A program made the position numbers and the translations under genes. The notes beneath the pieces were generated by a model. The model made no database searches and was not told where the DNA came from. It saw only the letters and a program-made list of their open reading frames with translations. From Gammaproteobacteria bacterium (GTDB lineage: Bacteria > Pseudomonadota > Gammaproteobacteria > Eutrophobiales > Eutrophobiaceae), in assembly GCA_038922795.1 (NCBI GenBank), contig JBCKWI010000003.1:5118-69117 (forward strand): a DNA stretch of 64,000 nt, in the 5' to 3' direction. Positions 21,836 to 32,845 of the stretch are shown piece by piece (positions within the stretch are counted from its first letter, which is position 1; each line of letters begins with the position of its first letter).

Positions 21836-21944
21836 ATATGAACACCTGACAGAATGAAAACACCTTTGCGTAATCCGCTGGTGATGGTTGAATAATGATG
21901 TTGAGCTTTGTTATCGATGTAACAAGATGTGGATATTGACAGAA

Positions 21945-24900
21945 TTAAATCTGACCCAGTAACTCCTGGGCTTGCTGACGTTGTTCATCATTTCCAGCAG
22001 CTATGATTTCATTCAGTATGGTCTTTGCATTATCTGAATCTCCAAGTTCAACATAGGCCTTGGCCAGATCCAGCTGACTGGCAATTTCATCTTCTTCGGT
22101 TTGCTGGGCAGTACCGGCGGAACGTGGCACCATAATAGTATGATCAGCGTCATCATCCTGTTCGTCTATCACGAATTCAAATTCATTCCCCGATGGTGCT
22201 TCGTCCTCTGTCTCTATATCTGAATCCAGCGCAGCACGCTTTGGTATCTGCATGGTACCTTCCATATCGATTTCAGGCAGTACATCAGGCGCGTCATCAG
22301 TATCAAGATTAAAATCAATCCCGAGGTTCGAGCTGTCCTGGCCTGATGTAATATCAAAACCTGCAAAGGTCATATCTTGCTCATTCACATCATTCTCACT
22401 GGCATCATCTGGTGACAATTCAAAATCAAGCAGATTATCATCTGCATCTCTTACTACGCCGGCTTTGGTGTTATCGAGCAACTCGTCCGCATCCATACTG
22501 GCACTCGTTGCGGCGGTAACATCAAGAAGATCCGCATCACTATCCGGCTCAAAGTTCCTGGTCTTTGTAACATCAAGCAAATCATCGCCGGACTGCTCTT
22601 TTGTACCAGTTTCAATCTCCAGAGATTCATCTTCATCATAAAGACTGATGCCTGAAGTGACATCAAGCAGATCAGCAGTCCCGGTTTTTTCATCATCAGT
22701 GACATTAAATGACGTATCCAGGACATCGGGGGCAGATTCATGTTTCTTTTCGTCTTGCTCCAGATCAAACGAGAAATCCAGTGCGTTGTCATCAGTCACC
22801 GCGCCCTCATCTTCTGCCTGCGATATATCCAGTGAAATGTCCAGCGCGTCCGCGGAGGGTTCTTCCGGCTTTTTGTCTTCTTCCAGGTCAAACGAGAAAT
22901 CCAGTGCGTTGTCATCTGCCACTGCGCCCACATCTTCTGCCTGCGATATATCCAGTGAGATGTCCAGTGCGTCCACAGAGGATTTTTCCGGCTTCTCGTC
23001 TTCCTCCAGGTCAAATGAAAAGTCGAGCGAATTATCATCCGCGGATTTGGATTCTGCCAGGGCGACTTCGTCCCCGGCACTTTCATCATCAGTCGCGGCA
23101 GTCACATCAAGTGCTGCTTCATCGTCCATATCAATCGCAGCAGTGACATCCAGTATGTCTCCGTCTCCACTGTCATCAACAGCGGCCATATCAAGAACAT
23201 CGGCACCACTGGAGGTTGTATCCAGATCGAAATCCAGACCAGCAGTGGTTGCACTTTCATCACCGGCAATATTGACTATGCCTCCACCGCTGGCGGCGGC
23301 ACCGGTATCCTGTTCATCACCTTCAGATTCCGCAAATAATGCGCGGTTTGGAGAAATTTCCCGCCACATGGCAACAGCCATCTTCCAGTAGTCACCCTTC
23401 CCGCGAACCTTATCGTGCAGAACCCGCGCAGCCTTTTCGTATCCTTTTTTGTTGTTGGCTGCATAATATACCTCGAGTAACTTGGTATGGTTTTCAAGAT
23501 TATCAGGATCTTTTGCGATTATTTTCTTGACCAGTTCTTCGGCCTGATCATATTGCTCATAGGCCAGGAAATAATTGATCTCAGTAAATGGATCTTCTTC
23601 CTCTTCAGGCGCAGGCGCCTGTTTTACTACCTGCGGTGATATAACCTTCGTGGCGTCCTGTTTTTCAAATTCCAGCTCACCTGTTTCATCTTCTGAACCG
23701 GGCAGAATTGTTATGGCCTCGGAATCCACCAGCGCCGTGCTGAGATCGGTTGCATCTTCCAAATGAGAATCCCGTGGCTGATCCGCAAAATCGTCGAAAT
23801 TGGGGAAGGCGTTTTGCGGGATCTCTATTGCAGACTCACTCTGACGGCGTTTGACAAAAGCAACCCCCAGGCCAACCAGCAGCAATCCTCCCAGAACTGC
23901 GCCCACATAGGTGAGATTGCTCCTGATAATGTCAATTATTCCCGTCAGGGCAGAAGGGATAAATGAAGTAGCGGCGGTATCTACTGTTGTATCAACTGCC
24001 TCTCCTGCAACTGTTTCATCCTCTTCCTGTACCGGTGACTCCTCCGCAGTTGTTACTTCAGCTTCCGCTACTTGCACAGGTTCTTCCGGTTCTGGCGCTT
24101 CAGCCACAGCTGCCTGTTCCTCTGCAATAGCAGCTTTCGCTGCTTCTTCAGCCGCTATCTGTTGTTGCAGGGCTGCCAGTTCACTTTCCTTGAGCACAAT
24201 CAGACGCTTCAGGTCATCAACGATCGCCTCTGTTTCGGAAAGTTTGTCCTTAAGTTCGGCGTTTTCCAGTGTTAATGCTTCAAGCGATTCACTAACCAGC
24301 GCCAGTTCGTTTGCCAGTTGTTCACTACTGGGCTCAGTGGCTCCTGCTATACCCCCACCTTCTTCAGCCGGTGCTACCAGGCGTAGTTCCGGTTCTCCTT
24401 CCGGAGGAACAACAACCGGGGCAATTTCAGGAGTGACTACGATTTCCGGAGTTGCCACCTCCTCGCTGATCACAGTTTCTGGTCTTGGTGTGACAGCTGT
24501 AGCCAGGGCACCACGTGCCTCTTCCCATAATCTGTTTTGCAGTAGGGCCTGTGCAAATGCCTCATCCCTGGTGAGTGAACGTAGCTCGGATGGGTCCGGT
24601 AAATTCAGAATTTGTCCACGTTTTAGTCCGTTGATATTGCCATTAATAAAGGCCTCGGGGTTTGCCCGCAGCAGGGCAATCATTATCTGCTGCACACTCA
24701 CAGAGCTGTCTGGACGCATAGCGCTTGCGATTGACCAAAGGGTATCTCCTGTCACTGTGGGACCATAATCCCCACCATCGTAAGCGATAGGTCTTGATAT
24801 TGGCGGCGCGGCAGATGGAACACTTCTGGCTGGTTTATATTCAGGAGCATAAACAACCTGATTGTCTTTTATGTCCCGGACAATTGTGCCTGTTGTGCTT

Positions 24901-25337
24901 TCTACCGGGGCAGACTGTGTCAGTCTTTTCTGTTTTTCGGGGCTGGCATAGATGGGTGGGTCCAGTAACACGGTATATTCCCGGTACAGGCGGCCTTTGG
25001 ACCAGCTCACTTCCAGCAGAAAATTCAGGAAGGGTTCACGAATGGGCTCATTACTGTAAATACGGATATAATCTGAGCCTGAATCCGTCTCTTTTAGAAC
25101 AAAATTCAGATCTCTGAGGATATTTAATCTGGGGATACCGGCACGGCTGAATGCAGCCTCATCAGCCAGTCTTACATTCAGGCTGTCAAGTTCTTCTATA
25201 GTTGCTGAAAGCAGTTCAATCCGGGCTTCAAAGGGTTCATTAAGTGCGGAATCAAGATCCAGCTTACCCAGTCCCAAAGCGTGTACAAGCGCAGGAGCAA
25301 ATGTAATCAGTAAAAATAACTGCAGTCTCAATCTCAT
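21945..25337 (-). CDS. fimV: FimV-like peptidoglycan-binding pilus/motility assembly protein
   Basis: Signal peptide, FimV N-terminal domain, LysM (TVTGDTLWSIAS...GQILNLP), a TM segment, a very acidic tandem-repeat region, TPR, and the FimV C-terminal motif (LDLAKAYVELGDSDNAKTILNEI). Confidence 0.9.
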   Translation of the reverse strand: MRLRLQLFLLITFAPALVHALGLGKLDLDSALNEPFEARIELLSATIEELDSLNVRLADEAAFSRAGIPRLNILRDLNFVLKETDSGSDYIRIYSNEPIREPFLNFLLEVSWSKGRLYREYTVLLDPPIYASPEKQKRLTQSAPVESTTGTIVRDIKDNQVVYAPEYKPARSVPSAAPPISRPIAYDGGDYGPTVTGDTLWSIASAMRPDSSVSVQQIMIALLRANPEAFINGNINGLKRGQILNLPDPSELRSLTRDEAFAQALLQNRLWEEARGALATAVTPRPETVISEEVATPEIVVTPEIAPVVVPPEGEPELRLVAPAEEGGGIAGATEPSSEQLANELALVSESLEALTLENAELKDKLSETEAIVDDLKRLIVLKESELAALQQQIAAEEAAKAAIAEEQAAVAEAPEPEEPVQVAEAEVTTAEESPVQEEDETVAGEAVDTTVDTAATSFIPSALTGIIDIIRSNLTYVGAVLGGLLLVGLGVAFVKRRQSESAIEIPQNAFPNFDDFADQPRDSHLEDATDLSTALVDSEAITILPGSEDETGELEFEKQDATKVISPQVVKQAPAPEEEEDPFTEINYFLAYEQYDQAEELVKKIIAKDPDNLENHTKLLEVYYAANNKKGYEKAARVLHDKVRGKGDYWKMAVAMWREISPNRALFAESEGDEQDTGAAASGGGIVNIAGDESATTAGLDFDLDTTSSGADVLDMAAVDDSGDGDILDVTAAIDMDDEAALDVTAATDDESAGDEVALAESKSADDNSLDFSFDLEEDEKPEKSSVDALDISLDISQAEDVGAVADDNALDFSFDLEEDKKPEEPSADALDISLDISQAEDEGAVTDDNALDFSFDLEQDEKKHESAPDVLDTSFNVTDDEKTGTADLLDVTSGISLYDEDESLEIETGTKEQSGDDLLDVTKTRNFEPDSDADLLDVTAATSASMDADELLDNTKAGVVRDADDNLLDFELSPDDASENDVNEQDMTFAGFDITSGQDSSNLGIDFNLDTDDAPDVLPEIDMEGTMQIPKRAALDSDIETEDEAPSGNEFEFVIDEQDDDADHTIMVPRSAGTAQQTEEDEIASQLDLAKAYVELGDSDNAKTILNEIIAAGNDEQRQQAQELLGQI
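22748..23125. repeat. 126-bp tandem repeat (about 3 copies) encoding 42-aa acidic repeats (DNALDFSFDLEEDEKPE...ADALDISLDISQAED) inside fimV
   Basis: Direct reading. The first two units are near-identical and the third is diverged. This explains the long antisense ORFs predicted here. Confidence 0.85.
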
Positions 25338-25367
25338 TCCTTAAATCCCCGGCCGAAACGTCTACTC

Positions 25368-25754
25368 TTATAAATGCGGATTAATTAACAAAGAATATTC
25401 ACGCTTTAAGTGGCCTGTGGCCCATTTCAGTTCCAGTAAAAAATTCAGAACAGGTTCACGGATTGAATTCTTACTGGTTAACCTCAGATAGCTTTTACCG
25501 TCATCTACACGCACAAGTTCGATCTGTACCTCTGGCCAGTGATACAAACCAGCAGCCTGCCCGGACAACCTTGACACTGAAACATTCAAACTATTCAACT
25601 CCTCAAGCGTGGCAGAGAGGACCTCGACTGTTGCATCAAGTGATTGATTTAACGACGAATTAAGCTTTATTTCTGAAATACCCAGGGCATAAGCTGCTGG
25701 ATGGGCGGCAGATAAAAGCATCCCAAGAGTCATAATCAACAGTTTTTTATTCAT
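25368..25754 (-). CDS. stand-alone secreted paralog of the FimV N-terminal domain (128 aa)
   Basis: Signal peptide plus a domain that aligns to FimV residues about 20-128 (LGISEIKLNSSLNQSLDATVEVLSATLEELNSLNV...REPVLNFLLELKWATGHLKREYSLLI versus FimV LGLGKLDLDSALNEPFEARIELLSATIEELDSLNV...REPFLNFLLEVSWSKGRLYREYTVLL). Confidence 0.7.
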   Translation of the reverse strand: MNKKLLIMTLGMLLSAAHPAAYALGISEIKLNSSLNQSLDATVEVLSATLEELNSLNVSVSRLSGQAAGLYHWPEVQIELVRVDDGKSYLRLTSKNSIREPVLNFLLELKWATGHLKREYSLLINPHL

Positions 25755-25941
25755 GTTGCATCCAGAAAACTTTAATTTTCAATTAGTTAGTAGTTGCAGC
25801 ACTATAAATAACGCTTAAGGTATATCCCGACTCAATTGAACTCTAATGCATTAAAGATCGGCCAATTTTGGGCCAAACTACGCCACTTTGGTTATGTTAA
25901 AAACCTGCGAATGTTCTTTACAATATCTCTTTAACTATAGT

Positions 25942-26964
25942 TTATAAGTAGTCTTTTACCAAAATTTCAGCGATTTGAACACTATTTAATGCGGCCCCTT
26001 TACGGACATTATCGGACACCACCCACAGGTTAAGACCCCTGGGATGAGAGATATCCTCCCGGATCCGGCCCACAAAGACCGGATCCTGCCCGGCGGCCTC
26101 GGTCACTGCAGTCGGATAACCACCATTGGCACGCTCGTCAACCACAATTACCCCACTGGCCTTTTCAAGCAATTTTCTGGCCTGATCAGCGCCCAGTTTT
26201 TCCCTCGTTTCAATGTGCAATGCCTCTGAGTGGCCATAGAACACCGGGACCCTCACCGCTGTCGGATTAACCAGGATATTATCGTCTTCAAGGATCTTCC
26301 GTGTCTCCCACACCATCTTCATCTCTTCCTTGGTATAACCGTTATCCTGGAAAACATCGATGTGGGGCAAGGCGTTGAAGGCAATCTGTTTGGGGTAAAC
26401 CTTAATCTCAACCGGCTTGCCATTCAGCAGTGCCGCTGTCTGTTGAGCAAGTTCATTAACAGCCTTCATGCCGGTGCCGGACACCGCCTGGTAGGTACAG
26501 ACATTAATCCGCTCAATTCCCACCGCATCGTAAATGGGCTTCAATGCCACCACCATCTGGATGGTGGAACAGTTCGGATTGGCGATGATGCCTCTGTTTT
26601 TGTATTGCGCGATGGCATGTGGATTGACCTCCGGGACGACCAGCGGGATATCAGCGTCATAACGGAAACGTGAGGTATTATCGATCACAATACAGCCTGC
26701 CGCTGCCGCACGCGGGGCGTGAATGTCAGACACCGAGGCACCGGCCGAAAACAGGCCAATATGAACATCCTTGAAATCAAAGGACTCGAGTTCTTCTACA
26801 GCGATTTCCTTGTTACCAAATTGTACGGTCTTGCCGACAGACCGGCTGCTGGCCAGGGCATAGATTCTGTCTACGGGAAATTTCCGTTGTGCCAATATGG
26901 ACAACATGGTTTTACCAACAGCACCGGTGGCACCAGCCACTGCTACATTGAATTTTCTACTCAT
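25942..26964 (-). CDS. asd: aspartate-semialdehyde dehydrogenase
   Basis: VAVAGATGAVG NAD motif and catalytic Cys (NPNCSTI). 340 aa. Confidence 0.95.
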   Translation of the reverse strand: MSRKFNVAVAGATGAVGKTMLSILAQRKFPVDRIYALASSRSVGKTVQFGNKEIAVEELESFDFKDVHIGLFSAGASVSDIHAPRAAAAGCIVIDNTSRFRYDADIPLVVPEVNPHAIAQYKNRGIIANPNCSTIQMVVALKPIYDAVGIERINVCTYQAVSGTGMKAVNELAQQTAALLNGKPVEIKVYPKQIAFNALPHIDVFQDNGYTKEEMKMVWETRKILEDDNILVNPTAVRVPVFYGHSEALHIETREKLGADQARKLLEKASGVIVVDERANGGYPTAVTEAAGQDPVFVGRIREDISHPRGLNLWVVSDNVRKGAALNSVQIAEILVKDYL

Positions 26965-27022
26965 ATTTCTCCAGATTTGTAAATTTCAATTTCATCAACA
27001 ATGATTCACTATGACTAAATTA

Positions 27023-28099
27023 CTAACTGAGTGCCGCAAGAACCGCATCACCCATCTCAGAGGTCGATACACTGCGCATACCCGGCGTACAGATGTCCGC
27101 CGTTCTTACCCCATCTTTCAAAACTTTTCTCACCGCAGTTTCAACACGTGCCGCTTGTTCCGGTTGGTTGAGCGAATAACGCAACATCATTGCCACAGAC
27201 AAAATAGTGGCGAGCGGGTTGGCCTTGTTCTGTCCGGCGATATCCGGTGCAGAACCATGTATGGGCTCATAGATACCCTGCCCGGTCTCATTGATCGAGG
27301 CAGAAGGCAACATACCAATCGAACCTGTCAGCATGGATGCCAGATCAGACAGGATATCGCCAAACATGTTCTCGGTAACAATAACATCAAACTGTTTTGG
27401 TTGACGCACCAGTTGCATGGCGGCGTTATCAACGTACATATGCTGAAGTGAGACATCCGGATAATCTGCAGCCACTTTTGTTACCACTTCCCGCCAGAGT
27501 TCCGTCGCCTCAAGCACGTTCGCCTTGTCGACAGAACACACCTTGCGGTTGCGTTTTTGAGCAATAGTAAATGCCACACGGGCAATCCGTTCGATCTCGG
27601 ATTCACTGTAGACCAGCGTATTAAACCCTTCTCTCTGTCCGTCTTCTCTTGTCTTGATCCCGCGCGGTTGACCAAAATAAATACCCCCGGTCAGCTCACG
27701 CACAATCATGATATCCAGACCGGAGACAACCTCCGGTTTTAATGTCGACGCATCCGCCAGTTCCTCGTAAAGCAATGCCGGCCTGAGATTCGCATACAAA
27801 CCCAGACCAGCGCGGATAGCCAGCAGACCACGTTCCGGCCTGAGGGCCCGTTCGATGTTTTCCCATTTCGGGCCACCGACTGCTCCAAGTAATATTGCAT
27901 CACTGGCTTTTGCTTTTTCCAAAGTTTCAGCAGGCAAAGGTGAACCCGCGGCATCCACAGCACTGCCACCAATAAGACCATGTTCGATCGCAAGATCAAG
28001 ATCATGCCTCTGGATTAATGCATGCAGTATTTTTTCAGCCTCGGCAACGATCTCAGGGCCGATACCATCACCGGGCAGAATCAGGATTTTTTTGCTCAC
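27023..28099 (-). CDS. leuB: 3-isopropylmalate dehydrogenase
   Basis: [10 protein letters not shown] and the IDH/IMDH signature (NLFGDILSD). The ORF track begins at a TTG (28126). GTG 28099 ([12 protein letters not shown]) is the more likely start. Confidence 0.93.
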   Translation of the reverse strand: MSKKILILPGDGIGPEIVAEAEKILHALIQRHDLDLAIEHGLIGGSAVDAAGSPLPAETLEKAKASDAILLGAVGGPKWENIERALRPERGLLAIRAGLGLYANLRPALLYEELADASTLKPEVVSGLDIMIVRELTGGIYFGQPRGIKTREDGQREGFNTLVYSESEIERIARVAFTIAQKRNRKVCSVDKANVLEATELWREVVTKVAADYPDVSLQHMYVDNAAMQLVRQPKQFDVIVTENMFGDILSDLASMLTGSIGMLPSASINETGQGIYEPIHGSAPDIAGQNKANPLATILSVAMMLRYSLNQPEQAARVETAVRKVLKDGVRTADICTPGMRSVSTSEMGDAVLAALS

Positions 28100-28129
28100 C
28101 GGGTATTTCCACTTCCAGAAAAACAATTA

Positions 28130-28690
28130 ATCTACCGCCGCTCGACAACTTGTTCCAGACGTTGTCCCGGTCTCTGTTCCAGACGCGACTCTCGACCGCT
28201 GTTCCCGACGCGGTTCTACCTCCCCCGTCCATGGGGTCGTACCGATTCCATCCATGGAATCGTACCACCTCGACAATTGCTCCAGGCATTGTTCTACCTC
28301 CCACGTCCATGTGGTCGTACTTCCCTGTAGGCGTCCCGCGCAGTCGCTATCAGCATCCCGCTTCATGCGACACTAATACATCCCTGTATGTCGTCCTGCA
28401 CCCGCGGAATACGACCGCCATGGATGGCGGAAGTGTCGAAAATGTAAGGAACAATTTTTCGACCCGTACCTCCTGTACATAAATGTCAGGAACAATTTTT
28501 CGACCATTACGTCCATGTAAATCGCCGCTCCTCGGCTTTGGCTTCCTGCGTCGCCCTACCTCCTGCATCCTTGCAGTCGTGTGCAGTCGCTGTCAGCATC
28601 CTGCTTTACGCGACACTAATACATCCCTGTATGTCGTCCTGCACCTGCGGCATACCGTACTTCCTGTACATAAAAAGGCTGCACAGCATA
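28130..28690. repeat. About 560-bp mosaic array of short palindromic units (family B), including a pair of 68-bp direct repeats (28338-28405 and 28583-28650)
   Basis: Direct reading. Units such as gtcgtaccgattccatccatggaatcgtacc, tccctgtaggcgtccc, tacctcctgcatccttgcagtcgtg and aggaacaatttttcgacc x2 are present. There are no uniform spacers. Confidence 0.85.
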
Positions 28691-28692
28691 CC

Positions 28693-29598
28693 TCAACTTG
28701 AGGACTTGTTCGAGGAGGCAACCGGTTGTAAAGAATCCATTGCCGTTATCCATGCTGCCAGCACCACCAGCAATCCACCTGCCCATTCCCTGATAGTCAC
28801 AATTTCGTTCGTTAACAAGGCTGCTGATACAGCACCGGCTACGATTTCAAACAAAAATATCACCGCTGATCGATGCACCGGCAGATGCGTCACACCATAT
28901 TGGGCAGTGTAGGTCATGACCAGCATACCGATACTACCAACACCCATGGCAAAACCCAGTGTCGCAGGGGTGAACACCGGTGCAGGCGGTTGCATGACAA
29001 AAATACCGATAGCGGCCAGGAAAAGTACACCCAGGCAGGCCGGGCCCATTTTCAGCACTATCGGGATAGCGCCGGTCTTGCGTACCAGGACATTCATAAT
29101 GGCAAAGGCAAAACCGGCAGTAATGGCCAGGATATCAGCCACATTGGTTGGCAGCAGAATTCCGGAACCGGGCTGCCACAGCATAATACCGGCCCCGGAC
29201 ATCGCCATGGCTATCGAGAGCCATGCCAGGTTTGACAAGTGTTCTTTTAACAGGAATTTACCCAGCAACACTGTCCAGATAGGTGAGAGATAAAACAGCA
29301 AGAGCACCCGGACGACATTGCCCTCGAGCAGGGCCAGTATAAACCCGAGGTTTGCCCAGCCGGCTGTGATACCAATCAGGAGCAGGGCCAGTGGCTGCTG
29401 CATGATTCCGGAACGGTTTATCCAGAGCACTGGCAACAGGGGTATTAACGTGGCAGTGTATATCAACACTGAAGTCCAAAGACCCGATACACCCATCTCT
29501 TCCATGAGCCGCAAGGGATACCAGAGTAATCCCCATAAGGTAGCTGCAATCAGGCAACTGATAACAGGGAGAAAAGCATGAGGATTTTTGGTTGGCAT
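28693..29598 (-). CDS. EamA/DMT-family membrane transporter
   Basis: 10-TM profile with two EamA-like halves. The verified ATG at 29598 gives MPTKNPHAFL. The longer track ORF to 30024 overlaps dapC and is spurious. Confidence 0.8.
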   Translation of the reverse strand: MPTKNPHAFLPVISCLIAATLWGLLWYPLRLMEEMGVSGLWTSVLIYTATLIPLLPVLWINRSGIMQQPLALLLIGITAGWANLGFILALLEGNVVRVLLLFYLSPIWTVLLGKFLLKEHLSNLAWLSIAMAMSGAGIMLWQPGSGILLPTNVADILAITAGFAFAIMNVLVRKTGAIPIVLKMGPACLGVLFLAAIGIFVMQPPAPVFTPATLGFAMGVGSIGMLVMTYTAQYGVTHLPVHRSAVIFLFEIVAGAVSAALLTNEIVTIREWAGGLLVVLAAWITAMDSLQPVASSNKSSS

Positions 29599-29647
29599 AA
29601 ACAGATGGCCTATACTAGCGGTTTCCCTGAAAGAATAATTAAAAAAG

Positions 29648-30859
29648 ATGAATCCTGGTCTTGCCTCTTTACAACCGTACCCATTTGAAAAGCTGGCCCA
29701 ACTCAAACAGGGTTTATCACCACCGGCAGGCAAATCAGCAATAGACCTCTCCATCGGTGAACCCAAACACAAAACGCCGGATTTTATACTGGATGAAATC
29801 ATGACGCATTTGTCATCAACGGCTGTATATCCGAAAACCCGTGGCCAGGAAAAATTACGGGGGGCCATAGCTGGCTGGCTGTGTAAACGCTTCAGACTGC
29901 CTGAAAACAGCATACATCCGGACAAACATATCCTGCCGGTAAATGGCACCCGCGAGGCCTTGTTTGCCTTTGCCCAATGCATTGTTGATCCGAGAAAGTC
30001 CAATCCGGTTGTGATCTCACCCAATCCGTTCTATCAAATCTATGAAGGCGCTGCCCTGCTCGCCGGGGCGCGACCTGTTTTTGTAAACTGTACTGCTGAA
30101 AATAATTTTGTCCCGGATTTTGCCTCTGTCACGGCGGACACATGGAACGATTGTCAGTTGGTCTATATCTGCACACCGGGCAATCCTACCGGGACCGTAC
30201 TGGATCGGGCAACGCTTGCACAACTGCTGGATCTTGCGGACAAACATGATTTCATCATTGCCTCGGATGAATGTTATTCCGAGATATACCTTGATGAAGA
30301 CCGTCCTCCAATCGGATTGCTTCAGGCCGCTGCTGAAGCAGGCCGTGATGATTTCCGCCGTTGCATCGTTTTTCACAGCCTGTCCAAACGGTCCAATGTC
30401 CCGGGACTGCGTTCCGGTTTTGTTGCCGGTGATCAGGCGCTGATAGCGTCATTTTTCAAATACCGCACTTATCACGGTTGTGCCATGCCGGGTTTTACAC
30501 AGGCGGCCAGCATTGCAGCCTGGCGGGATGAGCCCCACGTGGTACTCAACAGAAAATTATATCGTGAAAAATTTGCTGCAGTATTTGAGATTCTTGCCCC
30601 GGTGATGAACGTGCAATGCCCTGAAGCCGGGTTCTATCTGTGGCCTGAAGTACCAATCTCTGATCAGATGTTTACACAACAACTGTTTTCCAAGCACAAT
30701 GTGACCGTACTGCCGGGCAGTTTTCTTTCACGCACGGCCAATGATATAAACCCGGGAGATAACAGATTACGGATTGCCCTGGTGGCATCCCTGGAGGAAT
30801 GTGTTGAGGCGGCTGTCAGGATTCGTGACCAAATCCATACTCTATCAACAGGAAATTAA
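29648..30859 (+). CDS. dapC: N-succinyldiaminopimelate aminotransferase (class I PLP aminotransferase)
   Basis: The N-terminus ([20 protein letters not shown]...DLSIGEPKH) matches the DapC family. PLP Lys context is SLSKRSN. It sits immediately upstream of dapD. Confidence 0.85.
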   Translation: MNPGLASLQPYPFEKLAQLKQGLSPPAGKSAIDLSIGEPKHKTPDFILDEIMTHLSSTAVYPKTRGQEKLRGAIAGWLCKRFRLPENSIHPDKHILPVNGTREALFAFAQCIVDPRKSNPVVISPNPFYQIYEGAALLAGARPVFVNCTAENNFVPDFASVTADTWNDCQLVYICTPGNPTGTVLDRATLAQLLDLADKHDFIIASDECYSEIYLDEDRPPIGLLQAAAEAGRDDFRRCIVFHSLSKRSNVPGLRSGFVAGDQALIASFFKYRTYHGCAMPGFTQAASIAAWRDEPHVVLNRKLYREKFAAVFEILAPVMNVQCPEAGFYLWPEVPISDQMFTQQLFSKHNVTVLPGSFLSRTANDINPGDNRLRIALVASLEECVEAAVRIRDQIHTLSTGN

Positions 30860-30860
30860 A

Positions 30861-31682
30861 ATGAACAAGTTTGAAGCCATCATCAATGAAGGATATGAAA
30901 ACAGGAAAAACCTGACCTTGGCGACTGCCAGTTGGGAATTAAAAGATGCCGTACAGCAAGTATTAACCGGCCTGGATCTGGGCAAGGTGCGGGTCGCGGA
31001 AAAGATAGATGGTAACTGGGTTGTTCATCAATGGCTGAAAAAAGCCGTACTGCTCTCCTTTATTCTGGAATCCAACAAGGTAATAGAAGGCGGCCACACC
31101 AATTATTTCGACAAGGTGCCCAGCAAATTTTCCGGCCGTGGCAAGGTGGATTTTGAAAAGTTCGGCGTCCGTGTCGTGCCACCCGCCACTGCCAGACGTG
31201 GGTGTTATATCGCGCCGAATGTCGTGCTGATGCCAAGTTTTGTGAATATCGGCGCCTATGTGGACTCGGGCACCATGGTCGATACCTGGGTGACTGTCGG
31301 TTCCTGCGCGCAGATCGGCAAAAATGTACATCTTTCCGGTGGCGTGGGTATTGGTGGCGTGCTGGAGCCACTGCAGGCCAACCCGACTATTATTGAAGAT
31401 AATTGTTTTATCGGCGCCCGCTCGGAAGTTGTTGAAGGTGTTATTGTCGGTGAAGGTTCCGTGATCTCCATGGGTGTGTATATCGGCCAGAGCACGCGCA
31501 TTTATAATCGTGAGACGGGGGAAATCAGTTATGGAAAAATTCCGCCTGGTTCTGTCGTTGTTTCCGGCAACCTGCCCTCCAGTGACGGCAAATACAGTCT
31601 ATACTGTGCGGTCATCGTCAAACAGGTCGATGAAAAGACCCGCGGCAAGGTCGGGATCAATGAGCTTTTGCGTGATCTCTAG
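30861..31682 (+). CDS. dapD: 2,3,4,5-tetrahydropyridine-2,6-dicarboxylate N-succinyltransferase
   Basis: Left-handed beta-helix hexapeptide repeats and the DapD N-terminus ([18 protein letters not shown]). The ATG at 30861 follows a good RBS (caggaaattaaaATG). Confidence 0.92.
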   Translation: MNKFEAIINEGYENRKNLTLATASWELKDAVQQVLTGLDLGKVRVAEKIDGNWVVHQWLKKAVLLSFILESNKVIEGGHTNYFDKVPSKFSGRGKVDFEKFGVRVVPPATARRGCYIAPNVVLMPSFVNIGAYVDSGTMVDTWVTVGSCAQIGKNVHLSGGVGIGGVLEPLQANPTIIEDNCFIGARSEVVEGVIVGEGSVISMGVYIGQSTRIYNRETGEISYGKIPPGSVVVSGNLPSSDGKYSLYCAVIVKQVDEKTRGKVGINELLRDL

Positions 31683-31786
31683 GTTTTCTGTGGTCTGCTA
31701 TCCGGATATAACGTGATGAAAATAAAAAACAATCTTTCAGGCAATCCCTGATAAATATCTTCGGGAAAATCGATGTTGCCGGCCAG

Positions 31787-32824
31787 ATGAATGTCGAGCA
31801 ACTTGAACTCAAGGGTTTCTCGCGCAGTGTTGCAGAGCTTGAGTGGTTATTGCTGATTCTCGTAATTCTCTACGCCGTTGTCCCCGGTAATTACATAGAA
31901 GATAAATGGCTGGTTATCAAATCCTGTCTGTTCTTTGCCGGCTTTGTGCTGGCCTTCCGATACCTGAACTTTTATGAACGGGAAACCCGCTGGAAACTGG
32001 CCATTGAAATCTGGGTAATGATCGGCTTCATTACTTTCGTCCTCTGGCATACCGGGAAAATAGACAGTCCTCTACTGAATCTTTATCTGCTGGTCATCAT
32101 TACCAGTGGCCTTGCCATGGGGAAACTCACGACCCTGTTGATCCTTGTGCTGATCACCTCTGTCTATATTTATCTGGGCCATCCGGTTTATTCGGATATA
32201 ACCTTTTCCTTGCAGAACTTCGGACGGCTGATGACGATATTTTCTCCATACCTACTGATCGCCTATCTCACAACCATGCTGTCCGCGGACTTGCAATACG
32301 CCAGAAAGATGTTCAAACATCTGTCTGAAACAGATGAACTGACCGGCCTGGATAACATCAGGGCATTCAACAATACCCTGGCACTGGAGATCAAAAAATC
32401 AATCCGCTATCAACGTGTATTTTCCATGCTCATGATAGATGCGGATAACCTCAAGGCGATTAATGACAAGTATGGCCATGAAGCTGGGGATCGTCTTATC
32501 CGGGCCATGGCAACCACCATCCAGACATGCCTCAGGGAATCAGATACCCTGGCCAGATACGGGGGTGATGAATTTATTGCCTTGCTGCCCGAAACAGGCC
32601 AGGACAAGGCTATGGAGGCCGGTGAGCGGATAAGAAAAGCAGTAGACAATACTGCGTTCGATATGGACGGCCAGCAAATCAGGTCTACTGTCAGTATCGG
32701 CATAGCCAGCTTTCCGCAACAGGCGGATAACAGTATGGAACTCCTGCGCAAGACAGATCAGGCGTTGTATGCAAGCAAACATGCAGGGCGTAACAGGGTT
32801 ACACTCTTTACCGGAGACTCATAA
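31787..32824 (+). CDS. membrane-anchored diguanylate cyclase (GGDEF domain)
   Basis: 5-6 N-terminal TM helices followed by GGDEF (RYGGDEFIALLP). Confidence 0.85.
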   Translation: MNVEQLELKGFSRSVAELEWLLLILVILYAVVPGNYIEDKWLVIKSCLFFAGFVLAFRYLNFYERETRWKLAIEIWVMIGFITFVLWHTGKIDSPLLNLYLLVIITSGLAMGKLTTLLILVLITSVYIYLGHPVYSDITFSLQNFGRLMTIFSPYLLIAYLTTMLSADLQYARKMFKHLSETDELTGLDNIRAFNNTLALEIKKSIRYQRVFSMLMIDADNLKAINDKYGHEAGDRLIRAMATTIQTCLRESDTLARYGGDEFIALLPETGQDKAMEAGERIRKAVDNTAFDMDGQQIRSTVSIGIASFPQQADNSMELLRKTDQALYASKHAGRNRVTLFTGDS

Positions 32825-32845
32825 TCCAGACTATCGGAATTTGCT

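Noticed and set aside
22252-23530. Several long antisense/alternative-frame ORFs inside fimV (for example 22648-23391, 22709-23146, 22796-23089)
   Set aside because: These are artefacts of the low-complexity acidic tandem-repeat region, which yields Ser/Ala/Pro-rich frames. FimV in the minus frame has full-length family similarity.
28130-28690. Possible CRISPR array (many short repeats)
   Set aside because: The repeat units are heterogeneous in sequence and length and are mostly palindromes of different types. There is no regular repeat-spacer periodicity and no cas genes nearby. Interpreted as a REP/BIME-like mosaic cluster.
29599-30024. N-terminal 142-aa extension of the EamA transporter ORF
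   Set aside because: It overlaps the well-supported dapC on the opposite strand. An internal ATG at 29598 gives a canonical transporter N-terminus right after the repeat cluster.
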